Shown here: positions 16,840 through 25,453 of the stretch, piece after piece
Layout: every line of letters begins with the position of its first letter
How positions within the stretch are numbered: the stretch's first letter is position 1
NCBI GenBank assembly: GCA_963923155.1
Contig: CAWULI010000001.1
Location: 1 to 40,657 of the forward strand
Length of the DNA stretch: 40,657 nucleotides
Source of the DNA: an uncultured bacterium
GTDB taxonomy: Bacteria; Actinomycetota; Actinomycetes; Nanopelagicales; Nanopelagicaceae
Direction: 5' to 3'
Program-made: the position numbers and the translations under genes
The notes under the pieces: generated by a model
Seen by the model: only the letters and a program-made list of their open reading frames with translations
Told to the model about the DNA's origin: nothing
Databases searched by the model: none

Positions 16840-17538
16840 GTGCCGAAAGATAACTCAGGTAGTTTCGTTGATTGGATTACTAGGTTATTTGCTAAATTTA
16901 GGCCACACCGAACAATTCCAATAACACCATGGACTGCTCGATCTAGATGGGCGCTTACTATCCCGAGGTTTTTGATCTTGATTTTTGGCTTGACGATATT
17001 CGGTTTTGGTGATGCTCTTCTGGTCCAATCTCATACTGGCAATGCTCCTTGGTCGGTGCTATCGCAAGGACTCTCCTTCAAACTAGGTATCAACATGGGA
17101 TGGTCGACTTTCTTAATCTCTGCAATTATTCTGTTGATTTGGTTGCCGCTTGGTGAACGTCCCGGTTTCGGAACCTTCGCGAATATCATTGTTATTGCAG
17201 CTGCAATTGAATTCGGAGTTACCAATTTTCCAATTGCAAAGACTCTTACGATTGGCATTATTTATGATCTAATAGGGGTCGCATTAGTCGGCGTGGGTTC
17301 ATCACTTTACATCACCTGTGGATTAGGTCCCGGACCTCGTGATGGTCTTATGACTTCACTGCACCACCGAACCGGGGTTCGAGTAGGCAGAATCAGATTA
17401 GCGATCGAAGCCTCCGCATTGAGCATTGGATGGTTACTTGGAGGTCGGGTAGGTATCGGAACCGCAATTTTCGCCCTCTTTATCGGCCAATCAGTGGCAA
17501 TTGCACTGGGTGTCGTTTCGCGTATTACCCAAAGGTAG
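16840..17538 (+). CDS. YczE/YitT-like integral membrane protein
   Basis: A 232 aa protein starting at GTG. It has multiple TM segments and GLGPGPRDGLMTSL and FGFGDALLV motifs resembling YczE-type proteins. Function is unknown. Confidence 0.5.
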   Translation: MPKDNSGSFVDWITRLFAKFRPHRTIPITPWTARSRWALTIPRFLILIFGLTIFGFGDALLVQSHTGNAPWSVLSQGLSFKLGINMGWSTFLISAIILLIWLPLGERPGFGTFANIIVIAAAIEFGVTNFPIAKTLTIGIIYDLIGVALVGVGSSLYITCGLGPGPRDGLMTSLHHRTGVRVGRIRLAIEASALSIGWLLGGRVGIGTAIFALFIGQSVAIALGVVSRITQR

Positions 17539-17620
17539 GCATAGGCCACATATAGGCTTATCGAGCAACTTCCCCTCCGGGTCGAAAACACCCCGGTCAC
17601 CAAAACAGTAAAGGAAGATA

Positions 17621-19054
17621 ATGCTCGATAATTTATTTAAAATATCAGAGCGCGGTTCTACAGTCGGTCGGGAAGTTCGTGGTGGCCTCGTCACCTTCTT
17701 CACGATGGCCTATATAGTCGCGCTTAATCCGCTAATTCTTGGTTTTGTAAAGGATGCCGATGGCAAATTCATCGGTGGATTAGATGCACCAAATTTGCCT
17801 CTGATTGCGGCAGCAACTGCCCTGGTCGCTGGCGTCATGACAATCTTGATGGGTCTTGTGGGTAACTTCCCACTAGCTATTGCAACTGGCCTTGGTCTAA
17901 ATAGCTTCGTAGCTTACGGAATAGCTTCGAAGATGACCTGGGCAGATGCCATGGGACTTGTAGTGCTTGAAGGATTGATCATCACAATTCTCGTTCTCAC
18001 AGGATTCCGCCAAGCGGTCTTCCGTGCAGTTCCGCAACAATTGAAATACGCAATATCGGTCGGTATCGGTCTGTTCATCGCGCTAATTGGTCTTGTTGAC
18101 TCTGGCTTCGTGCGTCGTACCGCATCGGGTCCAGTTCCGGTCCAACTTGGTGATGGTGGAAACTTGGTCGGTTGGCCAATCTTGGTTTTCATCGCTGGCC
18201 TCTTACTGATCATCGCTTTAATGGTCAAGAAAACCAAAGGTGCGCTACTTATCGGCATCATCTCCGCAACGGTCCTTGCAATTATCGTGGAGAAGGCTTT
18301 TAAGATCGGTCCTAACTTCGTAGCTCCAGATAAAGTAAATCCAAAGGGCTGGGGATTAAATGTTCCTAGCTTGCCGGATAAGATCATTGCTACCCCTGAT
18401 TTCTCATTACTCGGCCACTTCAACCTACTAGGTTCATTTAGCCGAATCTCTGCGATCTCAGCAATTCTCTTGGTCTTTACTCTTCTATTATCTGACTTCT
18501 TCGACACCGTCGGTACGGTAACCGCGATTGGTCACGAAGCTAATCTCATTGATGGACAAGGAAATGTTCCAAACAACGATCGCATCCTCTTGGTTGACTC
18601 GATAGCTGCGGTTGCAGGTGGTGCAGGAAGCATCTCCTCTAACACTTCATATATTGAATCTGCCTCAGGTGTCGGCGAAGGTGCGCGTACCGGTCTAGCA
18701 TCGGTTGTCACTGGTATCTGTTTCTTATTAACCACATTCCTATCGCCATTGGTAGCGGTTATTCCATACGAAGCCGCAACACCAGCGTTAGTAATTGTTG
18801 GCTTCTTAATGATGACTCAAGTAAAGGACATTGATTGGAATGATCTAGGAATTGCTATCCCAGCATTCTTGACCATCATATTGATGCCATTTACATACAG
18901 CATCTCAGTTGGTATCGGAGCAGGCTTTGTCTCACACGTGGTGGTTCGCTACGTTCAAGGTCGCCGCAAAGAAATCCATCCGCTGCTATTACTTGTGGCA
19001 GCCCTATTCATGGTTTACTTCTTGTCATCACCAATTAATATCTGGGTTGGCTAA
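17621..19054 (+). CDS. NCS2/AzgA-family purine (adenine/guanine/hypoxanthine) permease
   Basis: A 477 aa protein with the N-terminus LFKISERGSTVGREVRGGLVTFFTMAYI, which is characteristic of the AzgA/PurP/PbuG family. It has many TM helices. Confidence 0.85.
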   Translation: MLDNLFKISERGSTVGREVRGGLVTFFTMAYIVALNPLILGFVKDADGKFIGGLDAPNLPLIAAATALVAGVMTILMGLVGNFPLAIATGLGLNSFVAYGIASKMTWADAMGLVVLEGLIITILVLTGFRQAVFRAVPQQLKYAISVGIGLFIALIGLVDSGFVRRTASGPVPVQLGDGGNLVGWPILVFIAGLLLIIALMVKKTKGALLIGIISATVLAIIVEKAFKIGPNFVAPDKVNPKGWGLNVPSLPDKIIATPDFSLLGHFNLLGSFSRISAISAILLVFTLLLSDFFDTVGTVTAIGHEANLIDGQGNVPNNDRILLVDSIAAVAGGAGSISSNTSYIESASGVGEGARTGLASVVTGICFLLTTFLSPLVAVIPYEAATPALVIVGFLMMTQVKDIDWNDLGIAIPAFLTIILMPFTYSISVGIGAGFVSHVVVRYVQGRRKEIHPLLLLVAALFMVYFLSSPINIWVG

Positions 19055-19072
19055 TAAGTAGCTTCTAATTAA

Positions 19073-19114
19073 TTGGGGCGTGATTCGAAAGGATCGCGCC
19101 CCAATTTCTTTTTT
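19073..19114 (+). terminator. Rho-independent terminator after the purine permease gene, possibly bidirectional
   Basis: A 14-bp stem (TTGGGGCGTGATTC / GGATCGCGCCCCAA, two G-T pairs) closes a GAAA tetraloop and is followed by TTTCTTTTTT. On the minus strand the same hairpin is followed by TTAATTAG, a weaker tail. Confidence 0.8.
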
Positions 19115-19117
19115 AGA

Positions 19118-19897
19118 TTAAGCACGCGCGAAGAAGCGTCCGCTAGCCATATTTACGTTGATTTGAAGGCCAAAAAGCGAGCTAATATTTTCACTAGAAA
19201 CAACTTGATTTATCGGACCACTAACAGCCACTTTGCCATCTTTTAAAAGCAAGGCGTGTGTGGTTCCTGCAGGAATCTCTTCGATGTGATGAGTAACCGT
19301 CACCGTTACAGGTGCCGAATTGTCATTAGCGAAAGCAGCGAATCTGGAGAGTAAGTCTTCGCGACCACCAAGGTCTAAACCCGCAGTAGGTTCATCTAGC
19401 AACAATAGTTCGGGGTCAATCATCAAAGCCCGAGCAATTTGAACTCGTTTTCGCTCTCCATCACTTAGAGTTCCATAGATTCGATCGCCTAAATCGCGAA
19501 CTCCGAATGTGGTTAAGAGCGCAGAAGCACGCGATTCGTCCCACAGGTCATAATTCTCGTGCCAACGGCCTAGAACGGCATACGCTGCCGTCAAAACCAC
19601 ATCCTTTACGCTTTCATCTAACGGAATTTGTTCGTGTTTCATAGACGCGCAAACGCCGATACGAGTACGAAGATCAAATACATCAACGCGTCCTAAACGA
19701 TAACCAAGTAGGTCAACACTTCCCTTTGACGGGAAAATTTCTGTGGCAAGTAATTTAAGTAGGGTTGATTTCCCTGCTCCATTGGGACCAAGAATCACCC
19801 AGCGTTGACCTTCATAAAGATCCAGTGAAATAGGTCCCAATATCACCTGGTTGTCGCGTATTACAACGGCATCGACGATGTGGGCTACTTGATTCAT
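19118..19897 (-). CDS. ABC transporter ATP-binding protein with no adjacent permease (YlmA/ModF-like)
   Basis: It carries Walker A (GPNGAGKST), the ABC signature (LSDGERKRV) and Walker B (LLLLDEPTAGLD). Confidence 0.85.
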   Translation of the reverse strand: MNQVAHIVDAVVIRDNQVILGPISLDLYEGQRWVILGPNGAGKSTLLKLLATEIFPSKGSVDLLGYRLGRVDVFDLRTRIGVCASMKHEQIPLDESVKDVVLTAAYAVLGRWHENYDLWDESRASALLTTFGVRDLGDRIYGTLSDGERKRVQIARALMIDPELLLLDEPTAGLDLGGREDLLSRFAAFANDNSAPVTVTVTHHIEEIPAGTTHALLLKDGKVAVSGPINQVVSSENISSLFGLQINVNMASGRFFARA

Positions 19898-19947
19898 ATA
19901 TGCGCAAGATTACCCTAACTAAGGTGAGCTTAGATTAATATCGTGCC

Positions 19948-20208
19948 ATGCCAGGTGAAAATGCGTTTACAGCCTTGATTCTCATAACCAGCGAGACTAA
20001 ACCCAATGTCGAAGAGCGCATCCTAGAAACCTTGGCGCCGTTCACTATAAAGATATTAGATAAACAGAGCATGTCGATTAGAGATCGATATTTTCTCGCT
20101 ATTCACTTCTCCCTCGATAAAGCCCATGCCAAAGCGATCGAGAATGATTTATACGATGTCGCGAAACTTATCGCAGTCGATCTAGCGATTGATTATCAAA
20201 ACGAATAG
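19948..20208 (+). CDS. Small ACT-like domain protein resembling the N-terminal regulatory domain of actinobacterial SerB
   Basis: An 86 aa protein. The pattern ALILITSETKPNVEERILETLAPFTIKILDKQSMSIRDRYFLAIHF fits a beta-alpha-beta-beta-alpha-beta ACT fold and parallels the first ACT domain of long SerB proteins. It lies immediately upstream of serB. Confidence 0.5.
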   Translation: MPGENAFTALILITSETKPNVEERILETLAPFTIKILDKQSMSIRDRYFLAIHFSLDKAHAKAIENDLYDVAKLIAVDLAIDYQNE

Positions 20209-20234
20209 CAAAACGATTAACGAAAAGATTTGCA

Positions 20235-20858
20235 ATGACTCAAATTATTCTCTTAGACGTTGATTCGACTCTAATAAATGAAGAGGTCATCGATCTAATC
20301 GCCGCAAAAGCAGGGGTTTCAAAGGAGGTAAGTCGAATAACTTCCTCTGCAATGGCCGGTGAAATCAATTTCTCAGAATCTCTCTTAAGGCGCGTTTCTC
20401 TCTTGGCCGGAGTTTCAGTAACTGCACTTGATGAGGTACGAGAGTCAATCACCTTGACCAATGGCGCCGCGGAGCTAGTCTCAGCCCTTCAAGCACGCGG
20501 TGACATCGTAGCCGTTGTCTCAGGTGGATTTACGGAAGTTATTTCGCCACTTCTTACCACTTTGAAAATATCGAGATTTAAGGCAAATTCGCTGGAAATT
20601 ATCGAGGGCAAACTAAGCGGCAAGGTTCAAGGAAAAATCATTGATCGTCGAGCTAAAGCAGATTTTTTGAAAGAAATAGTCGCTTCGAGTGGAATTCCAA
20701 TCTCCAATACCGTGGCAATCGGTGATGGCGCTAACGATATTGACATGATTCAAAGCGCGGGTATTGGCATTGCCTTCTGTGCCAAACCTGCACTAATCGA
20801 AGTTGCCGACCGAGTAATAAGTACTCGCGATTTAAGAGAAGTCTTGAAGGTTATTTAA
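20235..20858 (+). CDS. serB: Phosphoserine phosphatase, HAD catalytic domain only
   Basis: It has LLDVDSTLINEEVID (DxDST), VSGGF and GDGANDIDM motifs. At 207 aa it lacks the N-terminal ACT domains. Confidence 0.8.
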   Translation: MTQIILLDVDSTLINEEVIDLIAAKAGVSKEVSRITSSAMAGEINFSESLLRRVSLLAGVSVTALDEVRESITLTNGAAELVSALQARGDIVAVVSGGFTEVISPLLTTLKISRFKANSLEIIEGKLSGKVQGKIIDRRAKADFLKEIVASSGIPISNTVAIGDGANDIDMIQSAGIGIAFCAKPALIEVADRVISTRDLREVLKVI

Positions 20859-20859
20859 T

Positions 20860-21702
20860 CTATAAACGACAGGCGTGGATATCAGTCACCAGAATGCCAC
20901 GCGCGCCTATCGCCCATAGTTCATCCATTACTCTATTAGTATCTTTTCGGGGCACCATGGCACGAACCGCGGACCAATCTTCCTTTGCTAGCGGAGAGAT
21001 AGTTGGAGATTCGAGTCCCGGAGTCAGGGTACATGCCTCAGATAATTTAGATTTAGGAATGTCGTAATCAAGAAGAACGTATTGTCGTGCAATAACCACA
21101 CCGGCAAGACGTCTCTTAAGTGTTTCGAATTCAGCTGTACTTGCTGAACCTTTTCGTTTAATCAAAACTGCTTCACTTACCAAGATAGATTCTCCGAATG
21201 CCTCTAAACCAGCTTGGCGCAGCGTGCTTCCTGTGCTTACAACATCGGCGATCAAATCAGCCACACCTAATCTGACACTAGATTCAACTGCCCCGTCTAA
21301 TTTGACTATCTGAGCACTTATCGATTTACGCTGCAAGTAATCCGCAACCAAGCCCGGATATGCAGAAGCGATTCGCTTCTTTGAAATATCTTCTATCGTC
21401 CAAGCCTTTCCTACTGGAGCAGCAAATCTAAAAGTTGAGGTCCCATAATCAAGTGGCAAAACTTCTTCGGCGCTTGCGCCAGAATCAACCAATAGATCAC
21501 GCCCAGTAATACCCGCTTGTAGCTCTCCGGTGCCTACATATAACGCGATGTCTCTTGGTCGTAAATAATAGAACTCGACTCCATTCTCGTTATCTAACAA
21601 GACAAGATCACGCGAATCGGATCTTTGGCGATACCCCGCTTCTTTAAGAATTTGGATACTGGCTTCTGCTAACGAGCCCTTATTTGGTAACGCAATCTTC
21701 AT
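20860..21702 (-). CDS. hisG: ATP phosphoribosyltransferase, long form
   Basis: A 280 aa protein with a HisG N-terminus (MKIALPNKGSLAEAS) and a C-terminal regulatory domain. Its start shares 1 nt with the hisE stop codon. Confidence 0.9.
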   Translation of the reverse strand: MKIALPNKGSLAEASIQILKEAGYRQRSDSRDLVLLDNENGVEFYYLRPRDIALYVGTGELQAGITGRDLLVDSGASAEEVLPLDYGTSTFRFAAPVGKAWTIEDISKKRIASAYPGLVADYLQRKSISAQIVKLDGAVESSVRLGVADLIADVVSTGSTLRQAGLEAFGESILVSEAVLIKRKGSASTAEFETLKRRLAGVVIARQYVLLDYDIPKSKLSEACTLTPGLESPTISPLAKEDWSAVRAMVPRKDTNRVMDELWAIGARGILVTDIHACRL

Positions 21703-21965
21703 TAGAGCTCCTTGTAAATATCTTCGATTTTAATATCTCTGGCTTGGGCAATAAGTTGTAGGTAATAGATCAACTGCGATATCTCGAGAGCTAAATCAGA
21801 ATTACTTTGATGCTCTGCCGCTAACCAAACCTCGCCAGCCTCTTCCATGATTTTCTTACCAATCTCATGAACGCCAGCCGAAACCAGCTTTACGCTACCG
21901 GAATCTGGATCCTTGTTAGCTAATTTACTTTCGATTTCTTGCCAGAGCTCTTCAAATGTTTTCAC
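21702..21965 (-). CDS. hisE: Phosphoribosyl-ATP pyrophosphatase
   Basis: An 87 aa MazG-like helical protein (FEELWQEI...KKIMEEAGEVWLAAE...) starting at GTG. Confidence 0.9.
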   Translation of the reverse strand: MKTFEELWQEIESKLANKDPDSGSVKLVSAGVHEIGKKIMEEAGEVWLAAEHQSNSDLALEISQLIYYLQLIAQARDIKIEDIYKEL

Positions 21966-21987
21966 CGCAAGATTTTACTAAGTATAA

Positions 21988-22644
21988 CTATTTTCCCGCG
22001 GCTAATTTTCTTAATTGCGACACCATGTCTGCTGGATCGGATGCTTTGAAAACTGCACTACCCGCTACGAAGGTATCTGCCCCAGCTTCTCTGGCAATCT
22101 CAATCGTTTCAATTGAGATTCCGCCATCAACCTGAAGCCAGATATCGGCATCCCCGATAAATTCCCGAGACTTACGAACTTTATCCATCATCTCAATCAT
22201 GAATTTCTGGCCCCCAAAGCCGGGTTCTACTGTCATGATCAATATCATGTCCAACTGATCTCGAAAACTTTTGAGCACCGAAAAATCCGTCTTTGGTTTG
22301 AGAGCAAGCGCGGAGCGTGCTCCCGCGTTACGGATAGTTTTAAGGACCAAAGATGCATTCTCGCAAGCTTCGTAATGTACGGTGACACTTTTGCAACCGA
22401 TCTCAGCATAACGTCTAGCTTGGATATCTGGATCAGCAATCATCAAATGAGCGTCGACCGGAATGGGTGAATTCCGAATAATTTTATACGCCGCATCAAA
22501 GTCCCATGTTTGATTTGGAACAAATTTATTATCCATGATATCTAAATGAAGTAAATCCGAAACCTGCGCAATTTTTGCGATTTCAGAATCTAATTTGGTG
22601 AGATCGGCATTAAGAATGCTAGGCGTTATTCGGATCTCAGGCAT
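21988..22644 (-). CDS. rpe: Ribulose-phosphate 3-epimerase
   Basis: Motifs are ITPSILNAD, HLDIMDNKFVPN, MTVEPGFGGQKF and DGGI. Confidence 0.9.
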   Translation of the reverse strand: MPEIRITPSILNADLTKLDSEIAKIAQVSDLLHLDIMDNKFVPNQTWDFDAAYKIIRNSPIPVDAHLMIADPDIQARRYAEIGCKSVTVHYEACENASLVLKTIRNAGARSALALKPKTDFSVLKSFRDQLDMILIMTVEPGFGGQKFMIEMMDKVRKSREFIGDADIWLQVDGGISIETIEIAREAGADTFVAGSAVFKASDPADMVSQLRKLAAGK

Positions 22645-22651
22645 GGCTCTA

Positions 22652-24013
22652 TTATCTCTTTCGATAAAGCGCTAGGAACATAGCATCTGTGCCGTGTCGA
22701 TGAGGCCAGAGTTGCATATAACCATCTCTTGTCGCTGCCTCAATTTTCGATACTGAAACCCCATCCAATATAGGAGTTACATCTATCTTCTCTAGCGGGA
22801 ACTTCTTTTCAAATGAGGCGCATTGAGCCACCGTCTCTGCCATATGTGGTGAACATGTGGCATATCCGAAGATTCCATCGGTAGGAATTAAATCGATCGC
22901 GTTTGCGGCCAATTCGAATTGCAATTTGGTTAGGCCCGGAAGATCATTAGGTGAACGACGCCATCTAATCTCGGGACGCCTGCGAAGGGCACCTAAGCCA
23001 GTACAGGGCACATCCGCAAGAACTGAACCAACATCTGAAAGCTTCAATAACCTTCCATCTTCGTTTATAACCCGACCATCGTTTCTTAATACTCGAGATA
23101 CCAATCTTGCGCGTGTTTCCGAGATCTCGTTCGCTATTAGCGCTTCTTGAGTTAGGTAAGAAAGTAGCGCAGCCTTGCCACCCGGACCTGCACAAAGGTC
23201 CAGCCATGGTTCCTTTTCAGCGGCCGCTGTCGCAAAAATTTGTGCCAGTAGTTGCGACCCCTCGTCTTGCACGCCGGCACGACGTTCACGTATCGGGGCC
23301 AGTTCATTTGGTGCGCCATTGAAAATTGCCCCATATTTGGAGAATTTAGTGGCCAAGGCTCCAAGTGATACTAACTCTTCTTGCGAAGATTTGCTCGGCC
23401 AAGCCACAAGTGTCGGCGATACTGCTTGATTGTTGCACTCCAAAAGAGAAATCAACTCTTGAGGATCAGATATGAAATCTCGAAAACTATTAATAATCCA
23501 TTCCGGGTGACTGTATCGAATGGCAAGTGAAGTGATAGAACCATCTGAATACTCAGATAGATGTTCATTCAATGTCTTGGCGGCTAACTTTCGCATAATC
23601 GCGTTAACAAAAGTCGCTTTAGACTCACCAATCACCTGTCGGGCTAAATTTACTGTCGAGTCGACTGCCGCATGTGTTGGAATTCGCATATCGAATAATT
23701 GGTAGGCGCCAAGACGGATAACATCTACTATTCCAGCCTCAACTTCTGGCCAAGGACGCTGACTAAACTTTGCTGCGATTGCATCATTTCGGCCTAATTG
23801 ACGGATGGATCCGTATACCAATTCAGTAACAAAGGCACGGTCTCTACGGTCTAACTCTGATTCAGACAATTCTTGCGGGAGCAACAGGTTCGAATAGGCC
23901 CCGTTTCGCATAACTTCAGTGAATACTTCGAAGGCTAATACCCTAGGTGTATCCCTAACGGTACGCTTGAAATTCTTACTCAAATTGTTCACCTGGTTTA
24001 AGTTTGAGACCAT
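22652..24013 (-). CDS. rsmB: 16S rRNA (cytosine967-C5)-methyltransferase RsmB/Sun
   Basis: It has an N-terminal NusB-like domain, a SAM motif (DLCAGPGGK) and catalytic DVPCTG and YATCS motifs. Confidence 0.85.
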   Translation of the reverse strand: MVSNLNQVNNLSKNFKRTVRDTPRVLAFEVFTEVMRNGAYSNLLLPQELSESELDRRDRAFVTELVYGSIRQLGRNDAIAAKFSQRPWPEVEAGIVDVIRLGAYQLFDMRIPTHAAVDSTVNLARQVIGESKATFVNAIMRKLAAKTLNEHLSEYSDGSITSLAIRYSHPEWIINSFRDFISDPQELISLLECNNQAVSPTLVAWPSKSSQEELVSLGALATKFSKYGAIFNGAPNELAPIRERRAGVQDEGSQLLAQIFATAAAEKEPWLDLCAGPGGKAALLSYLTQEALIANEISETRARLVSRVLRNDGRVINEDGRLLKLSDVGSVLADVPCTGLGALRRRPEIRWRRSPNDLPGLTKLQFELAANAIDLIPTDGIFGYATCSPHMAETVAQCASFEKKFPLEKIDVTPILDGVSVSKIEAATRDGYMQLWPHRHGTDAMFLALYRKR

Positions 24014-24860
24014 TTAACCAATCCTTAGCGCTCATCTCGCTCTTTCCGGCAGGTAATACTTTGATAAGTTGCAGCGCGCCATCACCGGTAGCTACCAACC
24101 CGTTCTGCGTCAAAGACCCTGGAGATAAATTTAAAGTTGAATTTGAAATAGGTTTAACTTCAACGATTTTAATTCTAGAGCCCCTAATTTTCGAGGAAAC
24201 GCCAGGATTTGACCCGAAGGCTCTTATTTTTCGCCAGATTTCATCAGCGCTGCGATTCCAATCTATTACGCATTCGGCTTTGTCAATCTTCTTGGCGACG
24301 GTAGCTGATCCTTGCTGTGGCGTTGGTTTAACACCATTTTGGATATCCAATAGCGTTTGTTTCAACGCATCAATTCCCAATTTAGATAAAGCTTCAAAGA
24401 GATCGTTTGAACTTGCACCAAGTGGAATTACATATTCAATTTGTCGCCAAATAGGTCCGGTATCCATACCGGTGTCCATTTGAAAGACAGTAACTCCGCT
24501 CTTCTCGTCACCAGCTTCAATAGATCGCTGTACGGGAGCTGCGCCTCGCCATTTCGGTAATAATGAAAAATGAAGATTAATCCCCCCGAATCGAGGAATC
24601 TGAAGAGTCGCATTCCTTAAAATGCGACCGTATCCAATAGTTATTAATAAATCACTACCTTGCAAAATTGCTTGAAGATCTTCCTCGCTAACAGGCTTTA
24701 GAGCGTCGGGAAAAATCTGAGCTATTTCGCTGGGGCGCATACGATTTCCGCGACCAGCCGGACGATCTGGTTGAGTTACTATCGTTACTTGATGAAGTTT
24801 CTGGAGCTCTTCGATGGTTGGGATCGCTACCTTAGGGGTAGCCGCTATCACCAACTTCAT
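23976..24860 (-). CDS. fmt: Methionyl-tRNA formyltransferase
   Basis: It carries the HFSLLPKWRGAAPVQ motif, is 294 aa long and follows def. Confidence 0.9.
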   Translation of the reverse strand: MKLVIAATPKVAIPTIEELQKLHQVTIVTQPDRPAGRGNRMRPSEIAQIFPDALKPVSEEDLQAILQGSDLLITIGYGRILRNATLQIPRFGGINLHFSLLPKWRGAAPVQRSIEAGDEKSGVTVFQMDTGMDTGPIWRQIEYVIPLGASSNDLFEALSKLGIDALKQTLLDIQNGVKPTPQQGSATVAKKIDKAECVIDWNRSADEIWRKIRAFGSNPGVSSKIRGSRIKIVEVKPISNSTLNLSPGSLTQNGLVATGDGALQLIKVLPAGKSEMSAKDWLNGLKLKPGEQFE

Positions 24861-25420
24861 TAAAACCCTTTACCAAGGGTGCTATGTGGGGAAACTTTGA
24901 TAGTTGGAGCACTTCCAGAAGAGATAGCGGTTCCAAACCATTCTGATTCACGAATCTCTTTCATCGCTAATTTTCGATCTTCAGGTGAAAGGCGATCAAT
25001 AAAAACAATGCCGTCCAAATGGTCGGTTTCATGTTGCAACGCCCTGGCTAAGAATTCTGTGCCTTCAATAACCACAGGTTCACCGTGCATGTTAAAACCT
25101 TTGGCAACTGCACGCATCGATCTTGGAGTATTAAATCTAAGCTCTGGGAACGATAAGCATCCTTCATCGCCTTCTTGCATCTCATCAGATAGATCCAGAG
25201 TTGGATTGACGAGATGTCCAAGAGCATCATCAACATCCCATACGAAGACGCGTAATGGAACTCCGATTTGAGGTGCTGCCAATCCTGCACCAGGAGCGTC
25301 TTGCATAGTCTCGGTCAGGTCCTTTACCAATTTGCGTAGCTCTTTATCGAAGGTGGTTACAGGCAAAGCAGGCGTGGTTAGGACCGGATCGCCAAAAAGG
25401 CGAATTGGCTGAATCGACAT
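24860..25420 (-). CDS. def: Peptide deformylase
   Basis: Motifs are GAGLAAPQIG, EGCLSFP and HETDHLDG. Confidence 0.9.
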   Translation of the reverse strand: MSIQPIRLFGDPVLTTPALPVTTFDKELRKLVKDLTETMQDAPGAGLAAPQIGVPLRVFVWDVDDALGHLVNPTLDLSDEMQEGDEGCLSFPELRFNTPRSMRAVAKGFNMHGEPVVIEGTEFLARALQHETDHLDGIVFIDRLSPEDRKLAMKEIRESEWFGTAISSGSAPTIKVSPHSTLGKGF

Positions 25421-25453
25421 ATGTGAATTCTAACTTAATAAATACTTAAATTA

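Noticed and set aside
17539-17620. A possible purine riboswitch in the 82-nt leader of the NCS2 purine permease
   Set aside because: The spacer lacks the conserved purine-riboswitch junction and loop sequences (no UAUAAU...UGG...CCGUAAAU...CUAC pattern). Only a short CCGGG-N10-CCCGG hairpin is present. A covariance-model scan would be the decisive check, but by eye the leader does not fit.
17914-18507. A 197-aa minus-strand ORF inside the purine permease gene. Similar antisense ORFs occur at 24004-24483, 28867-29364, 36839-37369 and 39872-40273.
   Set aside because: All of them are antisense to confidently identified genes (NCS2 permease, fmt, coaBC, carA, pyrR). All have Arg/Ser/Pro-rich low-complexity translations with no start context. 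I treat them as shadow ORFs.
19903-21977. A shared 9-mer (AATCTTGCG on the minus strand) immediately upstream of both the ABC ATPase start (about 19903-19911) and the hisE start (about 21966-21974)
   Set aside because: There are only two occurrences of a short motif, at different distances from the start codons (5 nt and 0 nt). I cannot distinguish this from chance without a genome-wide motif count.
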